Assembly (NCBI GenBank): GCA_964016885.1
Contig: CAXHJY010001654.1
Span: 1-55,904, forward strand
Direction: 5' to 3'
Origin: Eledone cirrhosa
Lineage: Eukaryota
Length of the DNA: 55,904 nt
Under the pieces are notes generated by a model. The model made no database searches. It was not told the origin of the DNA and saw nothing but the letters and a program-made list of their open reading frames with translations. Below are positions 26,995-38,814 of this stretch, piece by piece. Position numbers and translations under genes: made by a program. Within the stretch, counting starts at the first letter, position 1. Every line of letters starts with the position of its first letter.

Positions 26995-27599
26995 CTGAAG
27001 AGAGAGTTTTAGCCGGACAATACATATTTCCATATATACATATATATATATATAAATACAACTATATATACATATATATACATTTATATACAAATACCCA
27101 GACCTACAGAAATCAACAGCACTCGCAAAGAAAACCTGGAATTTGAAACAAAATAATGCACACTATAAGTTATCATGGTCAATTTTATGATATGCCTGGA
27201 TGTATCAGAGGGAAAGACAGAATTGTGAACTTTGCTCCTTGGAAGTATTGGAGATTATGACTGAAATATCTATTAAACTCAAGACATGACAGGATTTTTA
27301 ATTGCCAATATAGAACTCTGAAAACCTGCTCAAAATACCATGCATACTAACACACTCCCCTATATTCTCTTCGTCCTCAGGTAGAGAACCTTTCTACAAT
27401 ATCGCTGATTAACTCACATACCTTTATACATGTTTTATAACACTAGCGAAGGTAATACACACATCTCACTTTCATAGTCATCCAAGCACAACTGATAGAT
27501 CACTTGTACTACACTACCCTATAGATAATAGACGCAACAATGTATTACATTAAATAGGTATGCTCTGCACAAACTTTAGATCCTACAGTGCATACATCA

Positions 27600-27704
27600 G
27601 CTCTGTATGAGCAAGACATGGTCACTTGACATGGTATTGCTCACAACAGGATAACTCATCTAACCCATGCCAGCGTGGAAAAAAGGATGTTAAACGGGGA
27701 TGAT
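27600..27704 (+). mobile_element. Orphan RTE/SINE 3' tail
   Basis: tgtatgagcaagacatggtca...taacccatgccagcgtggaaaaaaggatgttaaacggggatgat. Confidence 0.7.
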
Positions 27705-28111
27705 ACACCAACATGTCAACAATCTACCTGCCTGTCCACACCATCAACCAGCCAAATTATAGGTATCAACTACAATATCTCCCAATGACCTTTCCTCCTG
27801 CTTTGTTCTTTCCAATAAATTTTGTATATTGCACTGGCTTCACCTCTTCCTAAATTCAGTCTCTCTCCTATTTTAACAGGCCCACACCTCTTGTCAGTGT
27901 CTGACCAGTTACAAAATATACATCTCTACTTGTCACCACTTCTATTTCTTCTAATGACCTACTAACACAATCTATTGGCTACTTGAAGGTTTGCAAGTAT
28001 GCCTGTGTATTTGTATATTTTAAATTTACTTGTAACTTATCTAGTATATTTGACCATAGATATATCAGTGATGTATCTGTGTACATACATAATTTACTGT
28101 ATAAACCTCAC

Positions 28112-28232
28112 CTCATCCACATCACTTCTGTTTCCTGCCGAATTTCTCCGATGATGAGCAGAATTTAAATATGCAGTGCAAGAAAGTTGATTAAGTAATA
28201 ATTTAGCTTTTGTAGAAGATTGCACAGCTGTA
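28112..28232 (-). other. Possible 121-nt host exon, unidentified
   Basis: tgtttcag acceptor, GAG|gtgagg donor, single open frame TAVQSSTKAKLLL...RSDVDE. Confidence 0.25.
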
Positions 28233-28319
28233 CTGAAACACATGTTACAGAAGCTATTATTTAATAAATGTTTCTTCAAACTTCAACAAGTGTTGCCTAG
28301 TTTCTCCTGATATACATTA

Positions 28320-28548
28320 CTCTTTTATATGGTCCAGCTGACAGGCTTGGGCAATGCTGGGGCAACACCACTGACACTACACTTTCTATAGCCAGTCTTC
28401 GTTGGTATACCATTGAAGCAAAAGGGAGTTTGTTGCTGCTGCCCTTATTTGTGCTTCATCCTGTACTGTGGGATCATCCAGGATGTTCCTTTGTGGAATC
28501 TCTCAGATTTTTTGGCTGGTTAATAAAGAGCAAGGGTACTTTGAAACA
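28320..28548 (-). pseudogene. Degenerate CR1-like LINE 3' end
   Basis: ILDDPTVQDEAQIRAAATNSLLLQW plus gccccagcattgccc; paralogous to 50964-51270. Confidence 0.75.
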
Positions 28549-28582
28549 TATACACATATATTATACACACACACACCCACAA

Positions 28583-28735
28583 AAGTATCGTCTTCCTGTC
28601 TTCCTTCGGTTGCAACGTTTTTTGAAGTATTTACTTCTGCGTTCACAGATTGACTTTTCTAGTTACAGAAGATCCCGCTAAGGGTGAAAGTAGCGATTCT
28701 TTGCTTAAACTTTAATCTGTTATTTTAATAAATAT
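28583..28735 (+). mobile_element. Solo copy of a hammerhead-like pLTR segment (family of 31872-32777)
   Basis: Diverged copy of 32541-32693; hammerhead-like motif at 28661-28711, then AATAAA. Confidence 0.8.
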
Positions 28736-29334
28736 ATATACATATGGATATATATATATACATATATATATGTACATATAGATATATATACATATATATA
28801 TATGTACATATAGATATATATACATATAGATATATATGTACATATAGATATATATACATATAGATATATATGTACATATAGATATATATACATATATATA
28901 TATATGTACATATAGATATATATACATATAGATATATGTACATATAGATATATATACATATATATATATATGTACATATAGATATATATACATATAGATA
29001 TATATACATATATATATATATGTACATATAGATATATATACATATAGATATATATACATATATATATATATATGTACATATATATATATGTACATATATA
29101 TATATATGTACATATATATATATATGTACATATAGATATATATACATATATATATACATATATATATATATGTACATATATATATATATGTACATATAGA
29201 TATATATACATATATATACATATAAATATACATATATATAGATATATATACATATAAATATACATATAAATATACATATATATAGATATATATACATATA
29301 AATATACATATATATAGATATATATACATATATA

Positions 29335-29370
<36 letters not shown>

Positions 29371-29401
29371 CATATATATATATACATATATATATATATA
29401 C

Positions 29402-29438
<37 letters not shown>

Positions 29439-29593
29439 CATATAGATATATATATATACATATAGATATATATACATATATATATATATATATACAAATA
29501 GATATATATACATATAGATATATATATAGATATATATACACATATAGATATATATACATATAGATATATATATAGATATATATACACATATAG

Positions 29594-29648
<55 letters not shown>

Positions 29649-29706
29649 CATACATATAGATATATATACATATATATATATATATACATACATATAGATA
29701 TATATA
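28736..29706. repeat. (TA)n array with TAGA and TGTACA variants
   Basis: Direct reading. Confidence 0.98.
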
Positions 29707-31750
29707 CATCATCAACATCATCATCATCAACGTTTAACGTCCGTGTTCCACGCTTGCATGGGTTTGGACGGGGGTAGTCCCACTTGAGGCAAGAGTGATT
29801 GTCTTGCTCGCATAGGACTGTCTGGCAGGTTTTCTACAGTTGGATGCCCTTCCTAACACCAACCACATTTACAGTGTGGGTCTGGGAGGTTTTTACCGTG
29901 TTGCCTACACGGCCACATTACAGCGTGGACTGTGTGTTTTTTTGTCGTGACACCTACACGATCTCATTTGTTTCGGCCTGGATGGCGCGGCACCAACATA
30001 ACTTTACATAGAACGGGGTGGTGTGGATGGGGTGGGGGTGGTGGCGCGACGGGGTGTATTTTGTTAGAGATGCCTACTGGCAAGGCGGGTCTTCTCTGTT
30101 ACTGAGTACCGCCAAAGGTCTCGGTCCAGTGACATTGTCTTGGAGAGGTGTAAGTGTGTGAGGTCGGAGTTTATCAGCTCATCCCATGTTTTTCTAGGTC
30201 TGCCTATTCCGTGGCTACCGTCTATCTTTATTGCCCTGCACTTTGTTATACAGCTATCGACTTTCATGCGCATCACGTGTCCATACCAACGTAGCCTTCT
30301 CTCGAGTAAACAACATCTGATCCCTCTTATCTCTAATTTTTTCCTTAGTTCGTTTATGCTTTGCCGTTCACGTATATTACTGTTACACATCCAGCGGAGC
30401 ATGCAAGCTTCATTCCTCTCTAGTCTGCGTATATCCTCTGCACACAATGCCCAGGTCTCACTACCATGCAACATTGCTGTTCATATGCAGGCATCGTACA
30501 ACCTGCCTTTCATTTTTAGGGAGAACCCTTTAGCGGCTAATAGTGGTATAAGCTCTCTGAACTTTTTCCAACCAGTTCTGACTCTAGCTACAGTACTTTC
30601 AGAGCACCCTCCCCCACTGCTGATTTTATCGCCCAGGTAACGGAAGCTGTCCACTATTTCTATAGAACCCTCTGCGCAATTGAAAGAGCTAGTATTTTGT
30701 GGGCACTTGCTGCTACTTATTGCACCAGAACACCGGCCACATGTAAAGTCTATGTTCTTAGTTAGCTTACCTGTGATCCCACTACATCTTTTATGCACCC
30801 ATACTTTGCATTTAGAACATAAAATGGAGTTTCTACCTACGCCTTTCCTACATACCGAGCACGACCATTTCCCAGAAGGGACCGCCGCCTTGTTTTCTTT
30901 CCTACAAACTAGAACTTTGGTCTTAGCCAGGTTAATTTTAAGTCCTTTTGACTCTAGGCCGTGCTTCCATGTTTGGAATTTCTTCTCTAGCTCGGCCATT
31001 GATTCCGCTATGAGTGTCAGGTCGTCTGCGTATAGGAGTTCCCATGGGCAGCCTGTCTTGAACTCCTCTGTTATAGCCTGAAGGGCAATAATAAATAGTA
31101 GGGGGCTGAGATGGACGCCAACTTTTACGCTAAACTCTTCACTATATTCGTTGTTAATTCTAACCTTGCTGACTGTTTCTTTATACATGGCTTGTATAGC
31201 CCTCACAAGCCATTCGTCAACGCCTAGTTTTCTAAGAGCCCACCAGATAATGGAGCGGGGGACTCTGTCGAAGGCTTTCTCCAGGTCGACAAAAGCTAAG
31301 TAGAGGGGTTTACCTTTAGCTAGGTACTTCTCCTGTAGTTGTCGTACTATGAAAAGAGCGTCTGTGGTGCTTTTGCCTGACACAAACCCGAACTGCATTT
31401 CATCTAGGTCAATTCTCTCTCTGATTAGTTGCGCTATTACTTTTTCCGTGACCTTCATGACCTGGTCGATTAATTTAATGCCTCTATAGTTACTCCTATC
31501 TAGGGCGTCTCCTTTACCCTTATAACAGTTAACGATGATGCTGCTATGCCAGTCCTTCGGAACAACCCCATTCTGTACGACTTGGCTAACTATGCGGGTG
31601 ACCATGGTGTGTCCCACCGTGCCAGATGCCTTCAGCATCTCAGCAACTATTTCCGAAGGCCCAGCCGCCTTACGCGTCTTCATATCCTTGATTGCCTTAC
31701 TTATTATACTCCCCTCGACTAACACTGCTGGTCCCTCTATCGGGTCGATA
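29707..31750 (-). mobile_element. 5'-truncated, inactivated RTE LINE (PHD lineage)
   Basis: Near-identical to 38815-40890; 12-bp deletion of QGSV at ~31110 and CGA>TGA stop at 30481; (GAT)n tail. Confidence 0.96.
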
Positions 31751-31803
31751 TATACATACATAGATATATATACATATATATATATATACATACATATAGA
31801 TAG

Positions 31804-31871
<68 letters not shown>

Positions 31872-31875
<4 letters not shown>

Positions 31876-32776
31876 TTATTAAAATAACAGATTAAAGTTT
31901 AAGCAAAGAATCGCTGCTTCCACCCTTAACGGGATCTTCTGAAACTAACAAAGTCAATCTGTAAACGCAGAACTGGATATTTCAAAAAACGTTGCAACCG
32001 GAGGAAGACACGTCTCCGAACATTCGTGTATTTATTTGTAGGTATGCGTGTGCGCTTGTTATATACGTATTTATTTACTTATATACGTTTATATGATTAT
32101 TTATTTATTTGTACACAAGCATACACACACACACACATTTATATGTGCGTGGTTTTGTATACCTATGGTAAGGTTTTGCGTATGCTTGTGTATGTACGTA
32201 TCTGTTTGCGTGTATGTATTTATTTGTTTCTTAACTCTGTAGCGGAGATTCATTTGGTCTCCTAGTTAGAATTTTAGTCTACGACTTCTGCTATACCATT
32301 TACGTGGTTTTGTCTTTGCGTGCTATTGTTCTCCACGCTCCACATATGACTTATTATCTTCGTTTTTTCGTTCATTGCCAGAGAACGTCTCTATGCACCA
32401 GCTAAGAGAACATTAGTCTACGACCTCTTTTATACCATAAACGTGGTTCTGTCTTTGCGTGTAATTGTTTTTCACCGCTCCTATTAATGACGTATTATTC
32501 GTTTTTTCACGTTCTTTGCCAGCGATCGTTTCCACGAACCAAAGTATCGTCTTCCTGTCTTCCTCCGGTTGCAACGTTTTTTGAAATATCCAGTTCTGCG
32601 TTTACAGATTGACTTTGTTAGTTTCAGAAGATCCCGTTAAGGGTGAAAGCAGCGATTCTTTGCTTAAACTTTAATCTGTTATTTTAATAAATATTTGCTC
32701 TACGGTTCTTATATATTTGATATATATTTTCCTTATCGAGCCCTCTTTGGATTTTAGTCTTCAATTTTATTATTAC

Positions 32777-32777
<1 letters not shown>
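31872..32777 (+). mobile_element. Non-coding Penelope-like remnant: inverted 5' pLTR piece, internal ~141-bp tandem duplication, 3' pLTR with hammerhead-like motif
   Basis: 31872-32010 is the reverse complement of ~32556-32694; tandem units at ~32262-32402 and ~32403-32543; AATAAA at 32686. Confidence 0.7.
32620..32670 (+). ncRNA. Variant type I hammerhead motif (CAGAAGA core)
   Basis: AGTTT-CAGAAGA-TCCC-GTTAA-GGGT-GAAA-GCA..TGC-TT-AAACT; stems I, II and III all pair. Confidence 0.6.
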
Positions 32778-32824
<47 letters not shown>

Positions 32825-33147
32825 TATATATATATACACATATATATATATACATATATATATATATACATATAGATATATATACACATATAGATATATA
32901 TACACATATAGATATATATACACATATAGATATATATACATATATATATATACATACATATAGATATATACACATACATATAGATATATACACATACATA
33001 TAGATATTTATATATATATATATATACATACATATAGATATTTATACATATATATATACATATAGATATATATATATATACATACATATAGATATTTATA
33101 CATATATATATACATATAGATATTTATACATATATATATACATATAG

Positions 33148-33180
<33 letters not shown>

Positions 33181-33245
33181 GATATATATACATATATATA
33201 CATATAGATATATATAGATATATATATATATATATATACATATAG

Positions 33246-33292
<47 letters not shown>

Positions 33293-33337
33293 CATATAGA
33301 TATATATAGATATATATATATATATATATACATATAG

Positions 33338-33435
<98 letters not shown>
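32778..33435. repeat. (TA)n array with TAGA variant
   Basis: Direct reading. Confidence 0.98.
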
Positions 33436-33436
<1 letters not shown>

Positions 33437-33780
33437 GAGGCACATGGCTTAGTGGTTAGAGCATTGGCCTTGCAATCGAAAGGTTGTGAGTTCAATTCTC
33501 AGACCGGGTGATGTGTTGTTTCCTTGAGCAAGACACTTTATTTCACATTGCTCCAGTTTACTCAGCTGTAGAAATGAGATGATAGGGACTGAGGTCCCTA
33601 TCATTCCACTGCAAAGTGGTCGTGGAGGTGCCACGGCAAAAAAGCACCCAGCACTCACTGTAAATGAGGTTGGTGTTAGGAAGGGCATCCAGCTGTAGAA
33701 ATCAAGCCAGAATCAGTTCCCGTCCCACCCTTGTAAGCAAGGAAAAGGGGACGTAAAATGAAATGATGATGAAATGATGA
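33436..33780 (+). mobile_element. Full-length tRNA-derived CORE-type SINE (tail type 2)
   Basis: A and B boxes; CCTTGAGCAAGACACTT...CAGTTTACTCAGCTGTAGAAATGAGATGATA (CORE-like); 11-bp hairpin ATGATAGGGAC-TGAG-GTCCCTATCAT; RTE-type tail. Confidence 0.92.
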
Positions 33781-33791
33781 TATATACATAT

Positions 33792-34112
33792 GGAGGCACA
33801 TGGCTTAGTGGTTAGAGCATTGGCCTTGCAATCGAAAGGTTGTGAGTTCAATTCTCAGACCGGGTGATGTGTTGTTTCCTTGAGCAAGACACTTTATTTC
33901 ACATTGCTCCAGTTTACTCAGCTGTAGAAATGAGATGATATGGAATGGGGTCCCTATCATTCCACTGTAAAGTGGTCGTGGAGGTGCCACGGCAAAAAAA
34001 GCACCCAGCACTCACTGTAAATGAGCTGTAGAAATCAAGCCAAAATCAGTTCCCGTCCCACCCTTGCAAGCAGGGAAAAAGCGGACGTAAAATGAAATGA
34101 TGATGATGATGA
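33792..34112 (+). mobile_element. Tandem second CORE-type SINE with an internal deletion
   Basis: Head identical to 33436; lacks the gttggtgttaggaagggcatcc block. Confidence 0.92.
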
Positions 34113-34155
34113 TATAGATATGTATGCATATATATATATATATACATATATATAC

Positions 34156-34569
34156 ATAAAAGCCGACCTTACCCAATTACACCTCTCAAAGGCAATGACA
34201 CACGACCGTGACCTCTGGCGTCACGCAGTAATACAGAGTACCCGACCTCCCATGGGTACAAGCTGAAGCATATAGACAATATGCCCCCACACCCCCCCAC
34301 CGCAAGGTGGTCGTGGAGGTGCCACGGCAAAAAAGCACCCAGCCCACACTGTAAAGTGGACGTGTAGGCGCCACGAAAAAGCACCCAGCACTCACTGTAA
34401 ATGAGGTTGGTGTTAGGAAGGGCATCCAGCTGTAGAAATCAAGCCAAATCAGTTCCTGTATGAGCAAGGCATGGTCAGCCGACCAGACACTGCCCACAAC
34501 AGGACAACCCGTCTAACCCATGCTAGCGTGGAAGAACGGACGTAAAACGGTGATGATGATGATGATGAT
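34156..34569 (+). mobile_element. 3' end of the RTE subfamily that is the SINE partner
   Basis: KADLTQLHLSKAMTHDRDLWRHAVIQSTRPPMGTS*, followed by a 3'UTR shared with the CORE-SINE tail. Confidence 0.9.
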
Positions 34570-34595
34570 ATAGATACATATAGATATATATACAT

Positions 34596-34919
34596 TCTAA
34601 GGCGGGTAAAATTCCTGAGATCCATGGACGAGTTCTCTCCAGCGGTCTCTGTCCCTCATTAGCGCTGCCATGTCCTGCGTCTCCAACAGACCAGTGTCTG
34701 TCCTTATGGCATCAACATACGTTAACCTTGGTCTTCCTCTTCTAGTGTGTCCATGGATGGGTGCTACACGAGAATGCTGAGGATGGCTCTGAACATTAAT
34801 CAGTATACACTGAGGATGAAAAACTCAGAGCTGTATGGGAGCATCCCAAAAGTCAGCTCAAAAGTGACACAGAGGAGACTGAGGTTAGCTGGATATGCTC
34901 ACCGACATCCAGAGTTGAC

Positions 34920-34920
<1 letters not shown>
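34596..34920 (-). mobile_element. Short LINE 3' fragment with 5' inversion
   Basis: Minus 34746-34598 reads TRRGRPRLTYVDAIRTDTGL...MRDRDRWRELV...*. Plus 34750-34920 reads MDGCYTRMLRMALN...QRRLRLAGYAHRHPELT. Confidence 0.85.
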
Positions 34921-34974
<54 letters not shown>

Positions 34975-35020
34975 TATAGATATATATACATATAGATATA
35001 TATACATATAGATATATACA

Positions 35021-35720
35021 TGTGAACGGCAGTAATAGTAATATACGTGAACGGCAAAGCATAAATAAACTAAGGGAGAAATTAGGAATAAGAGGGATCA
35101 GATGTTTACTCGAGAGAAGACTACGTTGGTATGGTCACGCGATGCGCATGAAAGACGACAGTTGTATAAAAAAGTGCAGGGCGATAAAAATAGACGGTAG
35201 CCACGGAGTAGGCAGACCCAGAAAAACCTGGGACTTGATAAATTCCGACCTCACACACTTACACCTTTCCAAGACAATGTCACTGGACCGAGATCTTTGG
35301 CGCTACACAGTTATATAGAAGACCCGCCTTGCCTAAGCACAAAGCGAAACCTACAGTCAGTCGGCACCTCTAACAAAAATACACCCCCATCCCACTACCC
35401 CCACCCCATCCACACCACCCCTTTCAATGTAAAGTTATGTTGGTACCACAACATCCAGTCCTAAATAAATGAGGTCATGTAGGTGTCACAACAAAAAAAC
35501 ACACAGTCCACGCTGTAATGTGGCCGTGTAGGTAACACGGTAAAAACCACCCAGTCCACACTGTAAACGTGGTTGGTGTTAGGAAGGGCATCCAGCCGTA
35601 GAAAACCCGCCAGACAGTCCTATTCGAGCAAGACAACCAATCTTGCCTCAAGTGGGAAAATTCCCGTCCAAACCCATGCTAGCGTGGAAGATGGACGTTA
35701 AACGATGATGATGATGTTGA

Positions 35721-35724
<4 letters not shown>
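35021..35724 (+). mobile_element. 5'-truncated RTE LINE 3' end (PHD lineage)
   Basis: Near-identical to 11110-11940. Confidence 0.93.
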
Positions 35725-35783
<59 letters not shown>

Positions 35784-35820
35784 CATATATATATACATAT
35801 AGATATATATACATATATAT

Positions 35821-37490
35821 CATCATTTAATGTCTATCTTCCACACTAGCATGGGTTTAGACGGGAATTGTCCCACGTGAGGCAAGATTGGTTGTCTTGC
35901 AGGTTTTCTACGGCTGGATGCCCTTCCTAACACCAACCACGTTTACAGTGTGGACTGGAGGTTTTTACCGTTTTACCTACACGTCCACATTACAGCGTGG
36001 ACTATGTATTTTTTTTGTCGTGACACCTACACAACCTCATTTATTTAGGACTGGATGTTGTGGAACCAACATAACTTTACAGAGAAAGGGGTGGTGTGGA
36101 TGAGGGTGAGGGTAGGGGTAGTGGGATGGGGGTGTATTTTTGGTTAGAGGTGCCTACAGACAGTAGGTTTCGCTTTGTACTTAGGCACAGTAATACTCTG
36201 TATTACTGTGTAGCGCCAAAGATCTCGGTCCAGTGACATTGTCTTGGAGAGGTGTAAGTGTGTAAGGTCGGAATTTAGCAAATCGTCCCAGGTTTTTCTG
36301 GGTCTGCCTACACCGTAGCTTCCATCTCTGTCTGGTTTGAGCTCTGCTCCAGCCACAAGTTTCATCAGTAGCCTGAAGTAAGTTGTCACATAAGAAATTC
36401 CAGTTATTATCTATGTCATACGTCTCTAAATCGTCTTCTTTTTCGTCATACACATCTTGAAGGGCTTTCCTAAATTTGTATTTTAGTGAAAGGTCTTTTA
36501 GCTTCCAGACCTTTCTTCTCCACACCTTCCTGTATGTCTCATTCCATCTCTTGCTTATTGAGATATCACTAACGACTAACCTATGCTGTGGGGTACATTC
36601 TACCCCAGGGTATGCCTTGGTATTAGACACCATCTGCCTGTCCTGCTGCCTAACTAGTACGAAGTCAATCTGGCTTATGTGCTCGCCTGATTTGTAGGTT
36701 ATTAGGTGGTTGGCAGGTCTCTGGAAGTTAGTGTTGCAAATGGTCAGTGTACTTGCATCACAAAATTCAAGAAGTCTCACTCCTTCTTCATTTGTTGAGC
36801 CGTAACCATGCCCACCATGTACCCCAGTGTAACCATCCTGGAGCTGTCCAACATGACCATTGAAGTCCCCTGCTAGCATAACGATGTTTCTGTCATTGCG
36901 GTTGTTTGTAAAAGTTGCTCGTAAAAGCAGTCTTTCTCTTCTTTGCCTAGGCCTGCTTGGGGAGCATAGGCAGAGATGATTGTCAGTAGTCTCTGCCTAC
37001 AACTAATCTAATCTTAATTATTCGATCACTAACTCGAACTACCTCTATTGTCTTATTGATCCATCTCTCAGTCAGGAAAATACCTACCCCCCCTAACCCA
37101 TTATCCTTACCTACCCAGAAAAGCTTATAGCCAAGATGTTTGCCTACGACTAGTCTCGCAGAGGCACCTCTCCATCTCACCTCTTGCACGCAGCACACAT
37201 CCACATGCCTTCTCTCCAGCATCTCCGCTATTTCAGCAGATCTACCTCAGAGTGCCAACATTAAGTGTTGCAACTTTGAGATGCGACGTCTTCATATTTT
37301 GTTGTTCCTATCTACTTGGTGCTGTGCTGATAAGCGTTTTGGCATTGATACACTGGTTGGATACCCTTCCTAACACCAGTGCCACTTTACAGCATGGACT
37401 GGGTGCTTTTATTTGTGCCACCAGCACTAGAAAGGATGTCTTACTAGACTCAAGGGCCCTCTCTACCCCTCCATTTTACAGCATGGTCAT
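35821..37490 (-). mobile_element. Internally deleted RTE LINE: 5'UTR and APE joined directly to the 3' end
   Basis: VQEVRWRG, GGVGIF, AGDFNGHVG, QHRLVV, then WSRAQTRQR joined at ~36326 to DGSYGVGRPRKTW; RT is missing. Confidence 0.9.
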
Positions 37491-37518
37491 GAAACCCCCC
37501 CCCCCCCAAAAAAAACCC

Positions 37519-38104
37519 ACTTATTGACACTCACGACACACACACAGACACACTCACTCACACACCAACACTCATGCATACAAACTACAAACACACACAC
37601 CAAAATCAAGGCACCAGCAATGCGCTGGGACAGTCGCTGCCCCATGCCAAGAACAGAATAGTTATTTAGTATTCAGTAATGTAGAAACCATTATTAGAAA
37701 CCATTATTATAGTTGTTTTTAAGACCTGATCGCTGGTGATGGTGGTGGTGGTGGTGGTAGTGATGGCGGTGAAGGTGGTGGATGGTATCAGTGATGGTGA
37801 TGGTGGTAGTGGTGGCGGTAAAGGTGGTGGATGGTGTCAGTGATGGTGATGGTGGTGGTGGATGGTGCCAATGATGGTGGTAGTGATGGTGGTAGTGAAG
37901 GTGGTGGATGTTGTCAGTGATAGTGAAGGTGGTGGATGTTGTCAGTGATGGTGATGGTAGTGGATGGTGTCAGCGATGGTGATGGTGGTGGTGGTGGATG
38001 GTCCCAGTGATGGTGGTAGTGGTGGTAGTGGTGGCGGATCGTGTCAGTGATGGAAGTTATTGTTGCTGATGCTGCCATTGTTGTTGTTCATTTCAACAAC
38101 AACG

Positions 38105-38106
<2 letters not shown>
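37519..38106 (-). other. Upstream leader homologous to 23651-24095, with an expanded GGT/GAT minisatellite
   Basis: Shared blocks as listed for 23651-24095; repeated ggtggtggatggtgtcagtgat units at 37735-38052. Confidence 0.75.
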
Positions 38107-38154
<48 letters not shown>

Positions 38155-38506
38155 ATACATATCTACATATATATATATACATATATATATATGTATATGT
38201 ATACATATCTACATATATATATATACATATATACATATCTACATATATACATATATACATATATATATACATATATTTACATATATATATATATATATAT
38301 ACATATATTTACATATATATATATATATATATACATATATTTACATATATATATATATATATATACATATATTTACATATATATATATATATATATATAC
38401 ATATATTTACATATATATATATATATATATACATATATTTACATATATATATATATATATATACATATATTTACATATATATATATATATATATACATAT
38501 ATTTAC

Positions 38507-38537
<31 letters not shown>

Positions 38538-38678
38538 TTTACATATATATATATATATATATACATATATTTACATATATATATATATATATATACATAT
38601 ATATACATACATATATATATATATACATACATATACATACATATATATATATATACATATATATATACATATATATAC

Positions 38679-38711
<33 letters not shown>

Positions 38712-38738
38712 CATATACATGTATATACATACATATAC

Positions 38739-38778
<40 letters not shown>

Positions 38779-38814
38779 ACATACATACATATATACATAC
38801 ATATATATATACAT
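38107..38814. repeat. (TA)n array with TATTTACA variant
   Basis: Direct reading. Confidence 0.98.

Noticed and set aside
33436-33508. tRNA gene
   Set aside because: A and B boxes are present but there is no complete cloverleaf or clean anticodon arm; it continues into the CORE domain and LINE tail, so it is a SINE head.
37735-38052. Telomeric repeat or Gly/His-rich CDS
   Set aside because: Irregular GGT/GAT minisatellite, not TTAGGG; no supporting ORF.
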